From contig NMRA01001022.1 of NCBI GenBank assembly GCA_002633005.1, positions 4,982 through 68,981 of the forward strand: a stretch of DNA of 64,000 bases. The letters are read 5' to 3'. This document shows, piece by piece, positions 1 through 13,367 of this stretch; position 1 is the stretch's first letter; every line of letters starts with the position of its first letter. Origin of the DNA: Phoronis australis (Eukaryota; Animalia; Phoronida). The notes beneath the pieces were generated by a model. The model was given only the letters and a program-made list of their open reading frames with translations. It was not told where the DNA came from and searched no databases. The position numbers and the translations under genes are program-made.

Positions 1-439
1 TTGCTTTTATTCTTTAATGTTAAATTTTTGTAAGCGGACAAATGATTTTTAAATTTCCGTCTTAAGTCCTAACATTTCCAAACTTAAGCCTTTCAAACAA
101 ACGTTTATGACAAAAACAAAATTCTTCAACCGATTTTGTAAAGTCCAATACCACCTCTACGGTACATAACGAACCAATCCTACTCCTAATGTAACAAAAG
201 CGTCCCGTGCGTAAAGGATACTAAGTATTGTCCTTCTGAAATATGTGAAATGTCAAATCAGATTAAGCGGTTTGGAAGTCCAGTTTTACTTTTTACGAAC
301 TTCAGTTGCACTGCACGCAATCTTTTATGAATTTATCGTAGTTGGCTACAGACTGACCCATTTTTATAAAACTCGCAACGCTGAAAAACTTCTACACAAA
401 TTAAACCCTGTAGCCTACATGTATGCAGCTCCTGCAGGA

Positions 440-510
440 GGCGGTGTGGCCTAGTGTGATAGGTGCCTGCTTTCATTATTCGAGGTTGTGCGTTCGAATC
501 CCATTTGGCG
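440..510 (+). mobile_element. tRNA-derived SINE head / pseudo-tRNA
   Basis: A-box-like TGGCCTAGTG and B-box GTTCGAATCC at tRNA spacing; acceptor and anticodon stems do not pair cleanly. Confidence 0.5.
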
Positions 511-2199
511 AAGTGGGCAAAAAGGTCCGCCTCAGAGAAACAAAAACTCGCAGAAAACGAGACAAAAGTCCACAAAAACGGCAAGAATTCGGCACAATTC
601 ATAACTCTGAACGTATTACCTCTTTTTTATTTTGTAGTCCCCGTTTTTTTTTCTTTTTAATCCCCGATTTTGCGTTTCAGTAAAAGATCCACACTCTAAA
701 AAAATTGGAGCCGCCCTACATTTCAGCCTGGGTGCGCGCATGCGTGAGTCATGTTTCAAGCTCCACAGTTCGGGTTTAATTATATATTAATAAATCATAA
801 AAATGTTTCCAAGTGATCAGTGCAATGGGCCCACATTCACTGCCCGCGCACGTCTGGTACAGCGTGTATTAGACCGCCTGCAATTACTTTTATGCAGCTC
901 CTGATTTAAACAAGGGTCTCGTTTTTGGTTCGGTATAAATAACGCCACAAACCTGAAAGTCCAACGAAACACTTCTACCTTACAAATGTGACAATCCCTA
1001 GTCTCAGAAAGTTTGAGCACCTGGCAAAAGATGCTAATGATGAAATTTACTTCACCTACACAATTTGAAATAGCCGGTAAAATGAAGCCCATTCGAGTAA
1101 GCACCATGTGGGTCCATGTACCAACCCCAATACGGTAAAACCCAACAAGCTCAAGTGTAGGCCTATGTGAACCATAAATCACAAATTGTCCGATAACTAT
1201 GCAGCTATTGTACAAGCAGACGACATAATCACAGAAGTTTAAAGCTTGTAATTAATTACCAGTAGCATTGCCAAAAGTATTCACGATACCAACAGTTCTA
1301 TTATTGGGAAACTTTGAACAGCGTTTCAATGCCGAATTTATTACTTTTTTCGTTGTACTGGACAGTAAATTAGATGGGAGAATTTCCCGTCAAAATACAT
1401 AACTGGAAACTGCACCAGATAGTATAGGAGAGTGGCGCCTCCTCTTGGATAGCACGGAAGAAAATGTCGGAGTTGCGAATCTGTTGTCTGTAATCTACAT
1501 GTAAGTTACATGAAGGAAAGCCACGTGCCAAAACTGGACTTTTTACAGGTGCTTCTATAGGCCATTGAAACTCAATCCCAATGAAATGAAAACCAAAAGC
1601 ATCTGGTATAAGTACATGTCCTTTCTCACCGAGTGACTTTTCCTATCAGAAGAAAGACTTTATACTAATGGTACAAACTTTTCAACTTGGTACGCATTAT
1701 GCGGAAATGACATTCAGGGACTGCATCGATTGTCTTATTGTCAGTAAAAAGCCTGTTAATGTTATACTTTGATGATCGAATAAATTTTTCACCAACAGGC
1801 AAGTTTGTCACTAATTATTCAAACCACAATATTTCTTCAACAATACAGTGCAGTTGTGCCGCCTCTCTACAAAGCTGAAGTGATTACCGATTACGCTTGC
1901 GTATTGTCATTTTCCTGTTGACCTATAGAAATGTCCGGCGATCAAAACAAAGTATTCCCTTTGCTTGCATTTGATTTGTTTATGTGTGAAACTATTTTTA
2001 CAGCTTTCTTAAGAAGGCCTTTGAATAGTTTTAAGTTTTGTGTTAACAAAAGTAAGTTCCACATACAAGCGAAGTATGTTTTCAATCGTAGCTAACTCGA
2101 TAAGAGTCTGCTATGCACAAGATTTTAGAATAAACAATAATCATTGTATTTAAAAACAAAATGGCAAACGGAATAACCACACATTTACAACCAAACAAC

Positions 2200-3270
2200 A
2201 TTATTTGTTAAAAACAATAGTAATTTTCCCAATGTAAAAGAGTCCGTAATCAGTGATATCAAGGGCTGACTTTCTGAACTGAGAGGTTCAATTCCGTCAG
2301 TTTATTGCTGAAGGACTGCTTTTCACTTTGTCGAAAGGTAGAATAGACGGTAAAGCGGCTGGTTTCAGTCGTGTTCTCTCACCTGTAACAGAGAAATATC
2401 AGCAAATTATAAAAGAAAACAAGACAAAACTACTTTTTTAAGGCAGAACATACTTGACATTCCATCTTCATGTTTACATGTATAAACCAAAAACTTATTT
2501 AAGATCTGAATTAAAATATAACAGGCTAAAAGTAATTTAAGAATTCGTATTTTTCATAACACCTAAAATGTGTTTCTGATCTCAACAAATAAAGTTCATT
2601 CACGGATGCAATGTTAAGAATTTACTAAATAGCTCATCCACGTTAATTTGGTAAGTAATCTGTTAGTTCTGGGGGTGGGGTTCGCTATAAAATAAGGAAA
2701 CTCACTCATCTAGAGAATTTTATTGGACATAACATAGTTTTGCAAAGTAACTGCTGACTTCTGAGCGGCACGTCCCATGCACCTCTTATATTGGGACCAC
2801 TCCTACCCAGGCTACCATCCGGGTCCCGGGTGAGTTTCTGAAGAGAAACACTTATTTCCACTTAATAAACCCGTTATTCAGTGGAGTAACAGGTGGAGAT
2901 AACATTACTGAGCGATGTCGATAGAAACTTAATTGCTAAAAACTTACCAAGTAACGTGATTATGTAGCCTCTCAATGGAAATGCATAGAGCACACACACT
3001 GGGCGTGAGGCTTAGGCATCCACACACTTTTTGTCACTTGGTGGACCCTTTTGACCACAATTTTCCACGCCTGTAGTAACCTTAGGTCTTTTGGGAATTT
3101 GTGACCACCTGTCGAAGACTTGCACCCGGGAAGATAGCAATAATAAGGCTTAGCGCGACAACGTATTTTGATAACAATTCGTCTTTTTACCAGCTGTTTC
3201 CATGCAGACAGCGACGCATGCGCAATTCAATCCCCACTAGTACAGCAGCGACACCGCGTCGAATAGCCCC
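2200..3270 (-). mobile_element. Degenerate ISL2EU-like DNA transposon end with spliced THAP domain, inside P450 intron 1
   Basis: Minus strand reads YYCYLPGCKSSTGGHKFPKDLRLLQAWKIVVKR..WMPKPHAQCVCSMHF, donor GTAAG at 2947, acceptor at 2383, then GERTRLKPAALPSI (THAP AVP-box). Terminus GAATAGCCCC|AT at 3270. Close homologue at 45346-45578. Left end not located. Confidence 0.7.
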
Positions 3271-3793
3271 ATTCGAGAAAAAAGCGACAGTTGTCTCCGT
3301 TATCCCTTGCCAGAGAGGGGCGTCTGGAAAAATGTGGTTTTGCAGTCGCAAAATTGAATTTAAAAATCCAGTGAATTAATACGCTCCGCAAAAGCTTCGT
3401 TTTACAATTTTTCGTTTTTTCGAAATATATGCATGAATCATTACGTGCACGTTTTCAAGTGCGTTTAGACACTCTGTGCTGCGAGACCGGAGACCGCAAT
3501 AACAATGTGCTGGCCAGAGCCCTCAAAAAGGTGAACCATGCACTGATACAGAGTTGTTTTAATTTTTTCTCCTATCTGCATGTAGCAGTTTTTCTTTTCT
3601 CGACTGTCCCCGCCCCACGCGTACATGTCAGTTGCCACGGTTTAACGCTGACGCTTACGGCCCTGATACTGGATAGGCAAAATATGCAGTGTACAAGATA
3701 ACACAATATGATAAGGTACAGTTGGCCTAAATCTTAGAAAAACAAAACTGGCCACAACAACAACAAAAGCAGAAACAACAACAAAATTGTTAC

Positions 3794-4013
3794 CTATTGG
3801 CTTGTAAATATAAGCCGTTCCTATAAGAGGATATGGTTTGGGTCCTGGGATTTCATCGAACGGTTTTGCACTCATGAGGTCTTCAGGTCGTCCACCACGC
3901 AAAGGACATGGTCCCCCAGCGAAACTTTGCGATGCACGTGACCACACGTGTACATCTAGTATCTCCTTCCTGGCAGCACACTTTACCCCACTTCTGATAG
4001 CCTGGCTCAACAT
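3794..4013 (-). CDS. Mitochondrial-clan cytochrome P450, first coding exon (remaining exons outside the window)
   Basis: ATG at 4013; Arg/Ser-rich transit-peptide-like N-terminus followed by KPFDEIPGPKPYPLIGT, typical of mitochondrial CYPs; GTAAC donor at 3793 (phase 1). Confidence 0.8.
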
Positions 4014-4941
4014 CTGTCATGTATAGTACACTGTAACAGCGACACCAGTGAGCACACTATCAATTGATTGTTCAAGAGGATAAAGCCACATGGACGGGGA
4101 AAATCGCTGTGTGATAGACTCTCTTCACCCTTAAAAACAAAAATGTGTATCTTTAAAACTCTTCCGGGTTCGAATTTGAGTAAGAAAACCACCCACCTGA
4201 CCCACAGGACTTGAACTTAGTGTGCGTCTTTGAAATATCCCTGCATATGAAGACCGGCATCAACAGGGAATAACCTATACACGTAATATCAGCTTGAAGC
4301 GAACATATTGAATAGTATGACTGTTACATAAAAAATTAAGTTTTGAATCTGGGCCATTATCTGAGGTCCAGACTGAATCTCCTCTTCTTATACAGTAGAA
4401 CTCTCCAAATTGGTAGTGCTTCAGAGGGAACTTTAGAAAGGTTAGCATTAATTCCGCAGTAACGCCTCCAAATAACTCTGACTTTGATGAAATATCTCAG
4501 TCTCACTGGATCCAACTTAGCGAGTTCTACTGTAATTCAATGACATATCAACTAACACGATACAACAACCACTGAATCTCAACCCCAAAGCCCCAGTATG
4601 CAATAGCTTTAGATGTCTATGACATGGTATGAAAACACAAAAAGTATGCACATGTGTAGGAAGTGGGAAATCTGGAGGGGCTGCTTGTACCACTCACTTA
4701 AATGTTCTCAAGAAAATGTTTGAAATCTGTGCAAGTGATTATTCTGTCGTACAATTTGGATGAAAATGTCGCACAAAAGGACTGACGACCCAAGCAGGTA
4801 CCTTTTCACCCACACTTTAGAAAGTCTTCCTATACCGATCCACTGCATAGGACAGCAACAGTTTAATGCAAATCAAATATACCTAAAAAGTTATGTCACA
4901 ATATTTATAGTCATTGTATTGAAGAAACATTGAAATATTTG

Positions 4942-5080
4942 CAGGGGCAGATCCAGGATTTTGAGTTAGGAGGGCCAGGGCACAGTATTAGCCAGGATTT
5001 TGCCCATCAGACATTCGCACCCCCGAACTGTCAAATGGAGAATTTTAGGGGGCCGTGGCTCCCCTCTAAATCCGCCACTG
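4942..5080. mobile_element. Short MITE (CAGGGGCAGATCCAGG...AATCCGCCACTG)
   Basis: Imperfect terminal inverted repeats; same terminal type as 9465-9623 and the hAT end at 48670. Confidence 0.6.
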
Positions 5081-5220
5081 GTTTCAATATAAGAACATGC
5101 ATGTAGTATATCACCGGGTTTATCTATACACACGGGACAGTCAAATGCCACACACAAAAGCTTTTCACAATTTCCAGTACTGGTACTGTAAACCCTCTGG
5201 CATTGCCATCTGTACCACCC

Positions 5221-6175
5221 TCAAAAATTTAATCTAAAACATTGGTAGTGACTGTCGAATATGTGACGGAAAGAAATTCTAGTGCTGTCCATTGACAAAG
5301 CAGCCAGTCTCAATTTATCTAGATAACGTTTCATCATCTGTGCCACGGCATTCTTGAACACATCTGGAGCACCAACAGTCGGCATTGGAGGGGCATCAAT
5401 TTGTAAGCGAATTTCAAGATCACCATCTTCTCTGTTCCGCACTAAGTGCAAGGTGTTCTCTCATACTTCATGTACATACTCTGAAAAGCACAACAGCAGC
5501 ATTTCAAAAGTAAAAATACAACATTTTGATTCCAGAGTAGTCCATGATTAAATCAAAAGATGACGATATATAACTGCAAGTTTTCGCCTACTTTTATAAC
5601 CTTCAAGCAAATGCCAAAACAAGATTTTAATCCTGTTTTTTGAAGCAGATTACTTTAATAATCAAAACCTTGGAATTGAGTAACCATCGTGTTTTACTTT
5701 ATTCACAGTCTGCATTCTTTTCAAAATACATTCATCTTTTGAGATCAGCTTTCTTTGCTGTGGCTTTTAGTTTTACTGATCCATTAATTACTAAATCTTT
5801 CACGGAAAAACAATAGATATTTAAACACTTGAGAACTATGGTGATTGTGAAAAAAGATCGTTATTGTCCAGGCACTGCGAAAGCGTCATGAATTCTTAGA
5901 CATTAAAATTATCAAGGTAACTTATCTTTTTACAAGACCAGCTTCAACCTTCATGATGTGTTCGACGTCGAAGCAGCCGTCCTCAAAATGGTCGTAGCAT
6001 ATTTCGGCTCCGACAGATGGCTGACTCGACAGTCATTTTCCAAAGACGAGAAGTGCGCACGAAAACGTGCCGTTACGCGCCCAGATGCTTATCTTTTTAG
6101 AATTTAAATGGGCTCACGTTTTCCACCTGGGTAGTGTTAGGACAGTTAGCGCACACACACCAATGCACCTTTGCT
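5221..6175 (-). mobile_element. Degenerate THAP-domain transposon remnant (Kolobok-like), internally deleted
   Basis: About 6170-5930 reads HWCVCANCPN..FKF*KDK..FVRTSRLW..GAEICYDHFEDGCFD (THAP with stops and frameshifts). A downstream exon (about 5480-5300) reads EYVHEV*ENTL..APPMPT, like a transposase C-terminus. Family assignment is inference. Confidence 0.55.
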
Positions 6176-7489
6176 AAAACATGCCAAGAGTGAACAGTCT
6201 TTGTTCATCTTGTACTGTGATATAATGGCGGTACACTACATTGTGGGACTTGATCCGGTTTGTGATCCCCAACACCATATCAGCGTGTCAAAGGTCAAAT
6301 TTTCGCGGATTTTTCTATTTTCACTTTAAAGTAACTAAAGATACAACTATACGATAATTTGAATAAAATACATCCAAATAGCAAGACCTTGAAGATATTA
6401 TTGCAATTTAACATACTTGGACCTTGCAAATTACCACTTAAACTGTGGTATGGTTACAAAAAATGACAAGCATTGCCAAAAATCCTCCCACGCAGCCCGG
6501 CTAATATACAGCAAATTCACAGAAAATGACCTTATGCGCGTTGCTTGTTGACCCGACGTCATTTGCCGATAGCAGATGTCATTCACAAATTCATATCAAA
6601 ATTTTATGAAAATTGAGCGGAATTTTATGTTGTCCATGTGGTGGTCAAAGCTCAATCGCCATTCAAAGCCCACTGAGGCCAGGGAAGTGCCGTACTTTGA
6701 AGAGGTTTAAGGGATTTCAGTTACCGATAGCGCCTATAGCTGGCAGTATAATCAACATTATAAGCACATATTTTTTTGAAATCCATAGAGAAAAAGTGTT
6801 GACCAAAAAGGGTTGAAGAATGACTAATATTCAATTGAGTGTGTATTTGAATTCCACATACTATCATCAGTGGGTCGAGCGAATTCAAAGTTTTTGGTTA
6901 AATCACTGATAATTTTCACACCAGCATACTTATAAATGTTTATCTTATATGTACCATTTTGATTATTATACACGGCGTAGGGCGTTCAGCTGTAAATTAA
7001 CGCTTAAGCCTATGGGATTCGAAGACATACACTTTAAAAGTAAGGAAACCAATGCAACTATATACGGAATAATCAAGTTTAGGAGTAATCAAACACTTGA
7101 CTTATTTTTACGAAACATTTCGGAGTATAAAAAAGGTTTTGTAGGTGGTTTCGAATTGAAAGGAGTCATCACAAGTTAAGTGTATGAGAATTTTCTGTTG
7201 CATTGGGAAAAACTAGTCGACTCGACTGGTAGTGCTAGATAAGGCGACGGTTAATAAGGATCGCTTTGACTTGCTTACGAGCGGTGACCCTTCATATTGG
7301 CCAGATATGTTCAGAGATTTGTTTCGTCTTTCCTTTTTAATTGAATATCTTTGAACTTGTGGTAATTTTGGGCTACTAAAATCTTCCTTGAGCTTGAGAC
7401 GCGCGGAGTGTGTGTAGCGCTGACCTAGTTTATGCAGAGAACCTGGCGGATGACCTAGTTTACGTATTGCTGGTAATGGTCTGATGTAG

Positions 7490-7660
7490 TGGCAAAATGG
7501 CTATTTACAAAAATAACTCAAATTCCTTTTTTAAAGCTTCATACATCTAAATATCATGTTTCAACAACTTCAAATGAGCTCTCTATAACTCTACTGGAGA
7601 AGGGTATACTAGAGGTTCTCATCAAAAAGTAATTCAATTGTTTATTTTTTCGTGACAACA
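7490..7660 (+). repeat. Dispersed repeat, second copy at about 12500-12655
   Basis: AAAATGGCTATTTACAAAAA..TCTAAATATCAT..AACAACTT..AAATGAGCT..GTATACTAGA blocks are shared and collinear in both places. Confidence 0.75.
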
Positions 7661-8223
7661 GCTAGAACAAGTCTTTGAGTACAGTAATCCAGTGCCCCTC
7701 CCTGTGCCGATTGAATCTCTCAATTTTGGAAAAAAGTTCAGTTGAACATCTGCTTACGGGTATATGAATGATAAAAAGAACCTTTTCTACAAAACAAAAC
7801 GATGTATAGGTGGAAATAACTGAAAAATAGTAAAAATATAAAAACAATTTCCAGGGACTGTCGCTAGACTATAGTGCTGAGATCCAGCTGGCGCCCAAAA
7901 ATTACGGGATATTCTTTTCGAGCGGCATGACGGTTGTCAGAATTACACACGCCATATCAACACCGTATCACCATTCTTATCACGCAATTTCTTGGTGAGT
8001 TATAGACTAAAATAAGTTTTACAAGACAACGTATTGTTTGTCGAGTAAAATGGCGGCTTGAAAACGCAGACGAAGCTGTTTCAAGAATGCTGCGTTCTGA
8101 CTGGTCAGCTTAGCCCATCAGTCGTAATCCTGGCTATAGGTCAATTGTGCAAGAACAAGCTGTCCAGCAACAGTCGTGTACGTTAGGTTAACATTGATTG
8201 GTTTAAATTTGGAACGTTCTTAA

Positions 8224-8400
8224 GGTAATTTACGAGCATAATTTACGGCGACATTTCCCCCATTTAATTTACGAGCTTAATTTTACGGCGAAACTTTTGA
8301 ATTCCCCATTCAATTTACGAGCGTACTTGTACGGCGACAATCCTGCAATCTAATTTACGCTCGTAATTAATTACAAGTGTAATTTTACGGCGACACTTTC
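8224..8400 (+). repeat. Degenerate tandem repeat of roughly 40-bp units
   Basis: Four iterations of AATTTACGAGC..TAATTT(T)ACGGCGACA, probably the subterminal repeats of a DNA transposon. Confidence 0.65.
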
Positions 8401-9464
8401 CTCTCAACGGCCCACGATACTAATAGTTTTCCCGGACTACGTAGACAGTGTAACAAGACTTACCTGAAATTTTCCAAATGGTGATGATTGACAATCGCCG
8501 GACTAAAAAGAAAATTTAGCCTCCCAATTTCCGATCAAAGTTCGAGGTACCATGCAATGATGTCCTGATTATCTCTGCTGCTCTGGTTGACAATGTATCT
8601 CAAAAACTATTCTACCCGCGTTGATATCTGCGTCTTTATCTGTCCAGAGGCTGTCATTCTGGATCCCTGGTTCCCTACGTGCCGCTAGGTGGAAGCCAGC
8701 ACGCAAGTATCAAAGACGTTAACAAGATTATTCACTATGGCCGCCGCCATTATTGTGTCACGGACCGAGGCGACACTTAGCGGGGTTGTGTGCGCCGACG
8801 AAGTGCACGAGGCAGGAAGCTACGGCCGATTTTAGTTTGTCAATTTCAAAATTGTGAAGTGTCTTTGTTTGAAATATGGAAAACAAAAAACATGAGCAGT
8901 GCAATGGAAAATACACATAGGCAAAATATAGATTATAACAAGAAAAAATTTGGGCTGTAAAAGTAATAAAAATTACAAGAAATACATAAGCCAGAGCGTG
9001 ACTCAGTAATCAGAGGAAACCAAGTGAAAATATTGGCGATTGCAAGGCGAGCAGGTACAAAACCCATAGGATTTTGTCCAGGGGGGTCAGCTTAGTAATA
9101 AACGTAAGATAGATCTGCTGAAGGAGAGGTAGGAGCAAAAACAGGGGGCGCCCCTCAACCAAAAGGTTGGGGGTGGAGATAACTTTCTTTCCCAATATTC
9201 TAGGTGTTCATATCAATTAATTAACAATTAATTATTAAAACTTTCACCGCGAAAACTTTGTTCTAAAATTTAATTGAAAAATTAACAGAATCTCATCCCC
9301 CAACCATCAAATGTATCCTACGCCAATGTCCAAAAACGGCGTTTTTACCCCATCCAAACTCTGGTCCAGATCTCTGTTTCGAAAATACACACCTTACGAT
9401 GTTCTACATTCAAGCAGGGGTGCCTATGCCCAGTTACATGACACAGTTCCAAATATCGACTCAA

Positions 9465-9623
9465 CAGGGGCAGATCTAGGGTTTTTTTAAAAGGGGGGTG
9501 TCGGATCAAAGATTTTTAAAGGAGGGTGACCCAAGTCAACAATTTGAAAATTCTAGCTTTGACATGACTAAAATCGAGAGAAAATGGGAGGTCTTAACCC
9601 CTTTGACAAAGGATCCGCCAGTG
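9465..9623. mobile_element. MITE with CTCAA target-site duplication
   Basis: CAGGGGCAGATCTAGG...GGATCCGCCAGTG flanked by CTCAA at 9460-9464 and 9624-9628. Confidence 0.7.
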
Positions 9624-10504
9624 CTCAACGGTGTTGCCTAAATCTTTTGCGCATTTTTTCCGTTCTTTACTCACAGTTTTTGTATTTTTCTATCATTTTT
9701 TTCTTTATTAAGAGCCCCTCTTTTGATTGATGACGTTTTCTAATAATGTAACTAAAACCTGGGTATTTAAATTAGGGCCGTTGCACGAAAAGATCCCTTA
9801 ATAATACTGAAAATTCAACGTAGAAAGCTCACATATACACAACAGTTTTAGGGAACAGAGTGAAGTCGCTACTTGGGACTGATTCGCTGGACCCCCAGCA
9901 TCCGTGAATGATGGTATCTAAAATGGGTAACGAATTGGGGTGGGTTGTGGTGAATGAAACTGGATTCAAGAGGGGTAGGGGGTTGAAAACCAGCAAGAGA
10001 TGGAATTCCTGTCTGCAGTTCAATAAACCTGCCTTGTATGTCCACATAAAACAGCCAAGATGCCTATTTAATACACAGTCCATTTAGGGTAGTTTTTACG
10101 ATGTTCTCGAAAACCATTCACATTTTTTTAAATCAACTATCACCAGTCAGTTAAAGGCATATTCAGCCTACGTCGGCAGATGAGTACGGCCAACTTCAAA
10201 GTCAATAACACAAGAACGCCTTATTTCCTGACTTGATGTTTTAAAACCCGTGTCAAATTAAAAATCTAATCAGACGACATCGTCACTGAGTGTAAGGGGG
10301 TTTCCAAGGTAATACACATATTACCGAAGTACCCACCGATATAAGGCTCAATATGCTATAAAAGGAACACTTCCTTCTACACTCCCTATGTAAAATTACA
10401 ACACTATAAATTAATATTTATTATGCACTTGAGTCCACACCATGATCATATAATATAGTTTATTGACCAACGACAGCCAGAATGTTACTGTACGGGATCA
10501 CAAG

Positions 10505-10665
10505 AAATAATTTAAATAAGTAACAGTGAATAAATAAAAACAATAAACAAATGAATAAATGAAAATACATAAATAATAATAAATAAATAATAGATAAAAA
10601 GAAATATATGATAATATAACAATAATAGAATTAGTAAATAAATAATAATAGTAAATATTATTATC
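10505..10665. repeat. AT-rich low-complexity (AAAT/AAT)n tract
   Basis: Visible directly in the sequence. Confidence 0.8.
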
Positions 10666-10739
10666 TTTTAGATCTCAATGTATTAAGACTGCAAAAAGAA
10701 ATGAAAGAAAATAATCAATGGGCATAGAATAAACTAATC

Positions 10740-11500
10740 AGTAGTTCCCAAAATCATGCAAATAATTTACAATAATTTTCTATAAGCGGTCAAGTGCAGG
10801 GAACAGTAAAGACATTTAGTTCAAATCACCCAATCCATCACTTGTGGGCAGACAACAGTTTCACGCAAAAATTCTTTGTTTCAATCGGGAACATAATCTA
10901 TCCCAATCAGTGGGGAAGTAAAAAAGCATGTCACGAATTTTCAATTAACTGTTGTTGCAGCAGCAGGTCTTGCAAAAAGCACAATTGTTTTTTTTTACCA
11001 TCTGGAGCCGTCATACCTTGCCATATTTGTTTATTGCACACACGCTCGCTAGACGTCCAATGGGACTTGGCCGGGTGGTTTGTCTCCCTCTCTACTGTCT
11101 CTGCAGGTATCACTTATTTTTTTACACCTGCGTTTCTGATTGGGTGATCGAATTCTCAGCAGGCAGCGCTTTACGCAAACAAACTGGCATGACTGATGGA
11201 GGAAATGTAAGTGTGGTCTGTTGTACAGACAAATCGGTGTTCAAAATTCATGTTCAAGAAATGTGAATCCCAAAAAATTGTGGTTGCGCCTTTTCAGAGT
11301 GCATCTTTCTACTGTGGCTGGCTCTTGCTCACATTGCTGTCCTTACTCACGCAGTATGAATAGCACACTAGTTAAATCGGCCAGATGACGGCGTACGTGT
11401 TTATTGTACATGTACGTGCTTAAAGCACGCGGCTATTAAAAATTATTGCAGAAACGAAATAATTAGTGCTGCTACGCCATTTGCCGGCATGACAAGGTTA
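10740..11500 (-). mobile_element. Possible piggyBac-like remnant
   Basis: TTAA-CCTTGTCATGCCGGCA terminus at about 11500 on the minus strand. Fragments KKKQLCFLQDLLLQQQLIE and TKCLYCSLHL..NYCKLF resemble the piggyBac C-terminal region and Cys-rich domain. Heavily decayed. Confidence 0.35.
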
Positions 11501-12699
11501 AAAATCGTTCATAGTCCGCTATTTTCTCACCTTGTTGTAAAGCTAACCAATGACTGCCAACGTTACATCAACCAATGATAAAGCGCGTGCTATTGCCTGC
11601 TACCTGCGTGCTGGCTACCACTTAGAGGCACGCAGGGAACCAGCGAGTCATTTTGGTGATTGTTAATTGACCTATCGCAAGCTCCCCCCCTCGCAAAAAG
11701 ACACCTGACACCGGACAAACAAACAAACAAGATGTCAGAGGCAAGTACAGTCGCTAAACGACGTTCCTGGTGGAATCGATTAGTTTTTACGCTTGCCTAA
11801 TACACTTCTGCAAAGAAAACAAGCGATGCTTTTCAGCCGAAAATTAAGCGTTCAAGATATCAGAATTTTTAAAGGCGACTATAAAAAATAAATGTTTAAG
11901 GAAAAGTATTTCCGAGCCAGCGAAAACCCGATGAACTCCTCACCTCACCGAGTTCACCTTCACATGATAAATGACAAGGTCACTGATGCGATATGCTCAT
12001 GTACAGGTGGGTATGTACTTTAAAGTCGGATTATCTGTGAGATGCCACAGATTTCACTATCTTTGGAACAAATTCAGCAAAGATTCACCGATATTTTTAT
12101 TCTGCCGTCTGCTACACTCCGCCAAACGAAAAGTAGGTAACAACTCGTAGGACTCCCGATAACAAAGTAGGTCGAGTCGATAGCACTGTTTATGCATTTC
12201 TAATCTTCGAACGAATTATTTTGATTAAAAAATCAGGTTCATAGCCCGGGCACACACTCATCTTATCCTAGACAAGCAGTTAGCTCCGGTAGGTCTCGGG
12301 CTGTGTCTAAGTCAAATTAATGCATAGATTTGGTTGTAATTACACCATCTAAACATAAGTTAGGTCTAACCTCTGATGAACTTTGCTGCAGTTTTGTAGT
12401 TTCATTGCATAATGGTAGCTTCCAGTTATTTTTAAACGTATTAAGATCCCTAAGCTGTGGTTTGGTAACAAAAGTTGGCAAGTCTGGCGTATAATGATAA
12501 AAATGGCTATTTACAAAAAATAACCCAAAAGCGTCATGAATCTAAATATCATATTCGAACAACTTTAAAATGAGCTGCCTCTAATTCTACAGGTGAGGTG
12601 TATACTAGAAGTTCTGGTCAAAAATTAACTCAACTGTTTATTTCTCCATGACAGAATTGCACTTTCGTAAAATTGACTGTACTTTCGGGATTTTTATTT

Positions 12700-13367
12700 T
12701 TTTATTCTCCCAGTTCAACATAAGCAAGAAAAAGGAACTGGGATTCCCTGGCCTTAGGCTACAATTCATTGAAAGAAAAGTTTACCAAGCTAACAGTATA
12801 CTTGAACTGGATTTTAGAAATACATATAAAAACATACAAGACAGAGCACTAGTATATGCCTCTGAAAAAGGGAGAGTATTTTGGAGTGATGAAGTCATAA
12901 TTACATTTTTGTTAGATTATGCATTTGTGACCATCTGTTTGTAAACTTTTCTATTTCTAAAATTTTTGAATAAATGTATTTTTCACAAGAGTAATAAAGT
13001 TCAACTTCTATTGTCAATATAATTAAATTTGGAGGTTTACCATTGAGACGTTGCTTATGTAACTGGAACTTGCAAAGACACAAGATTAAATTTTGAATTG
13101 GTTGGCTTCTACACCTATTTCCAAAGAAAACCTTAAGAACATTTGTACCCAGGGAAATATTAGTTTTTTTCTGACCCAATCTTCAACATTGTTCCAAAAA
13201 ATTTGAACATCACATCGCCAGTATAAATGAAGCAAACTCTCAGGTTCCAACTTACAAAATGTACACAAGAGGGGGGGGGGGGTTACTAACCCCAATTTTA
13301 AAAAGATAAGAGTTGCAGCTGATTATCCTATGTGACAGTCACATCAAGAGTAAAGTTCACATAGTAG
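12700..13367 (-). mobile_element. 3' end of the Tx1/L1-like LINE that begins at about 18790 (zf-RVT region plus 3' UTR)
   Basis: Reads SHRIISCNSYLFKIG..LCTFCKLEPESLLHLYWRC..FWNNVEDW; the frame joins the 16253 side once the nested element is removed. Confidence 0.85.

Larger units (their letters stand above)
8667..11643. repeat. 43-bp inverted repeat pair (8667-8709 / 11601-11643)
   Basis: CTGGTTCCCTACGTGCCGCTAGGTGGAAGCCAGCACGCAAGTA matches the reverse complement of 11601-11643 at 38/43 positions. Confidence 0.7.

Noticed and set aside
8224-8400. CRISPR-like repeat-spacer pattern
   Set aside because: Eukaryotic context, degenerate repeats, short similar spacers and no cas genes.
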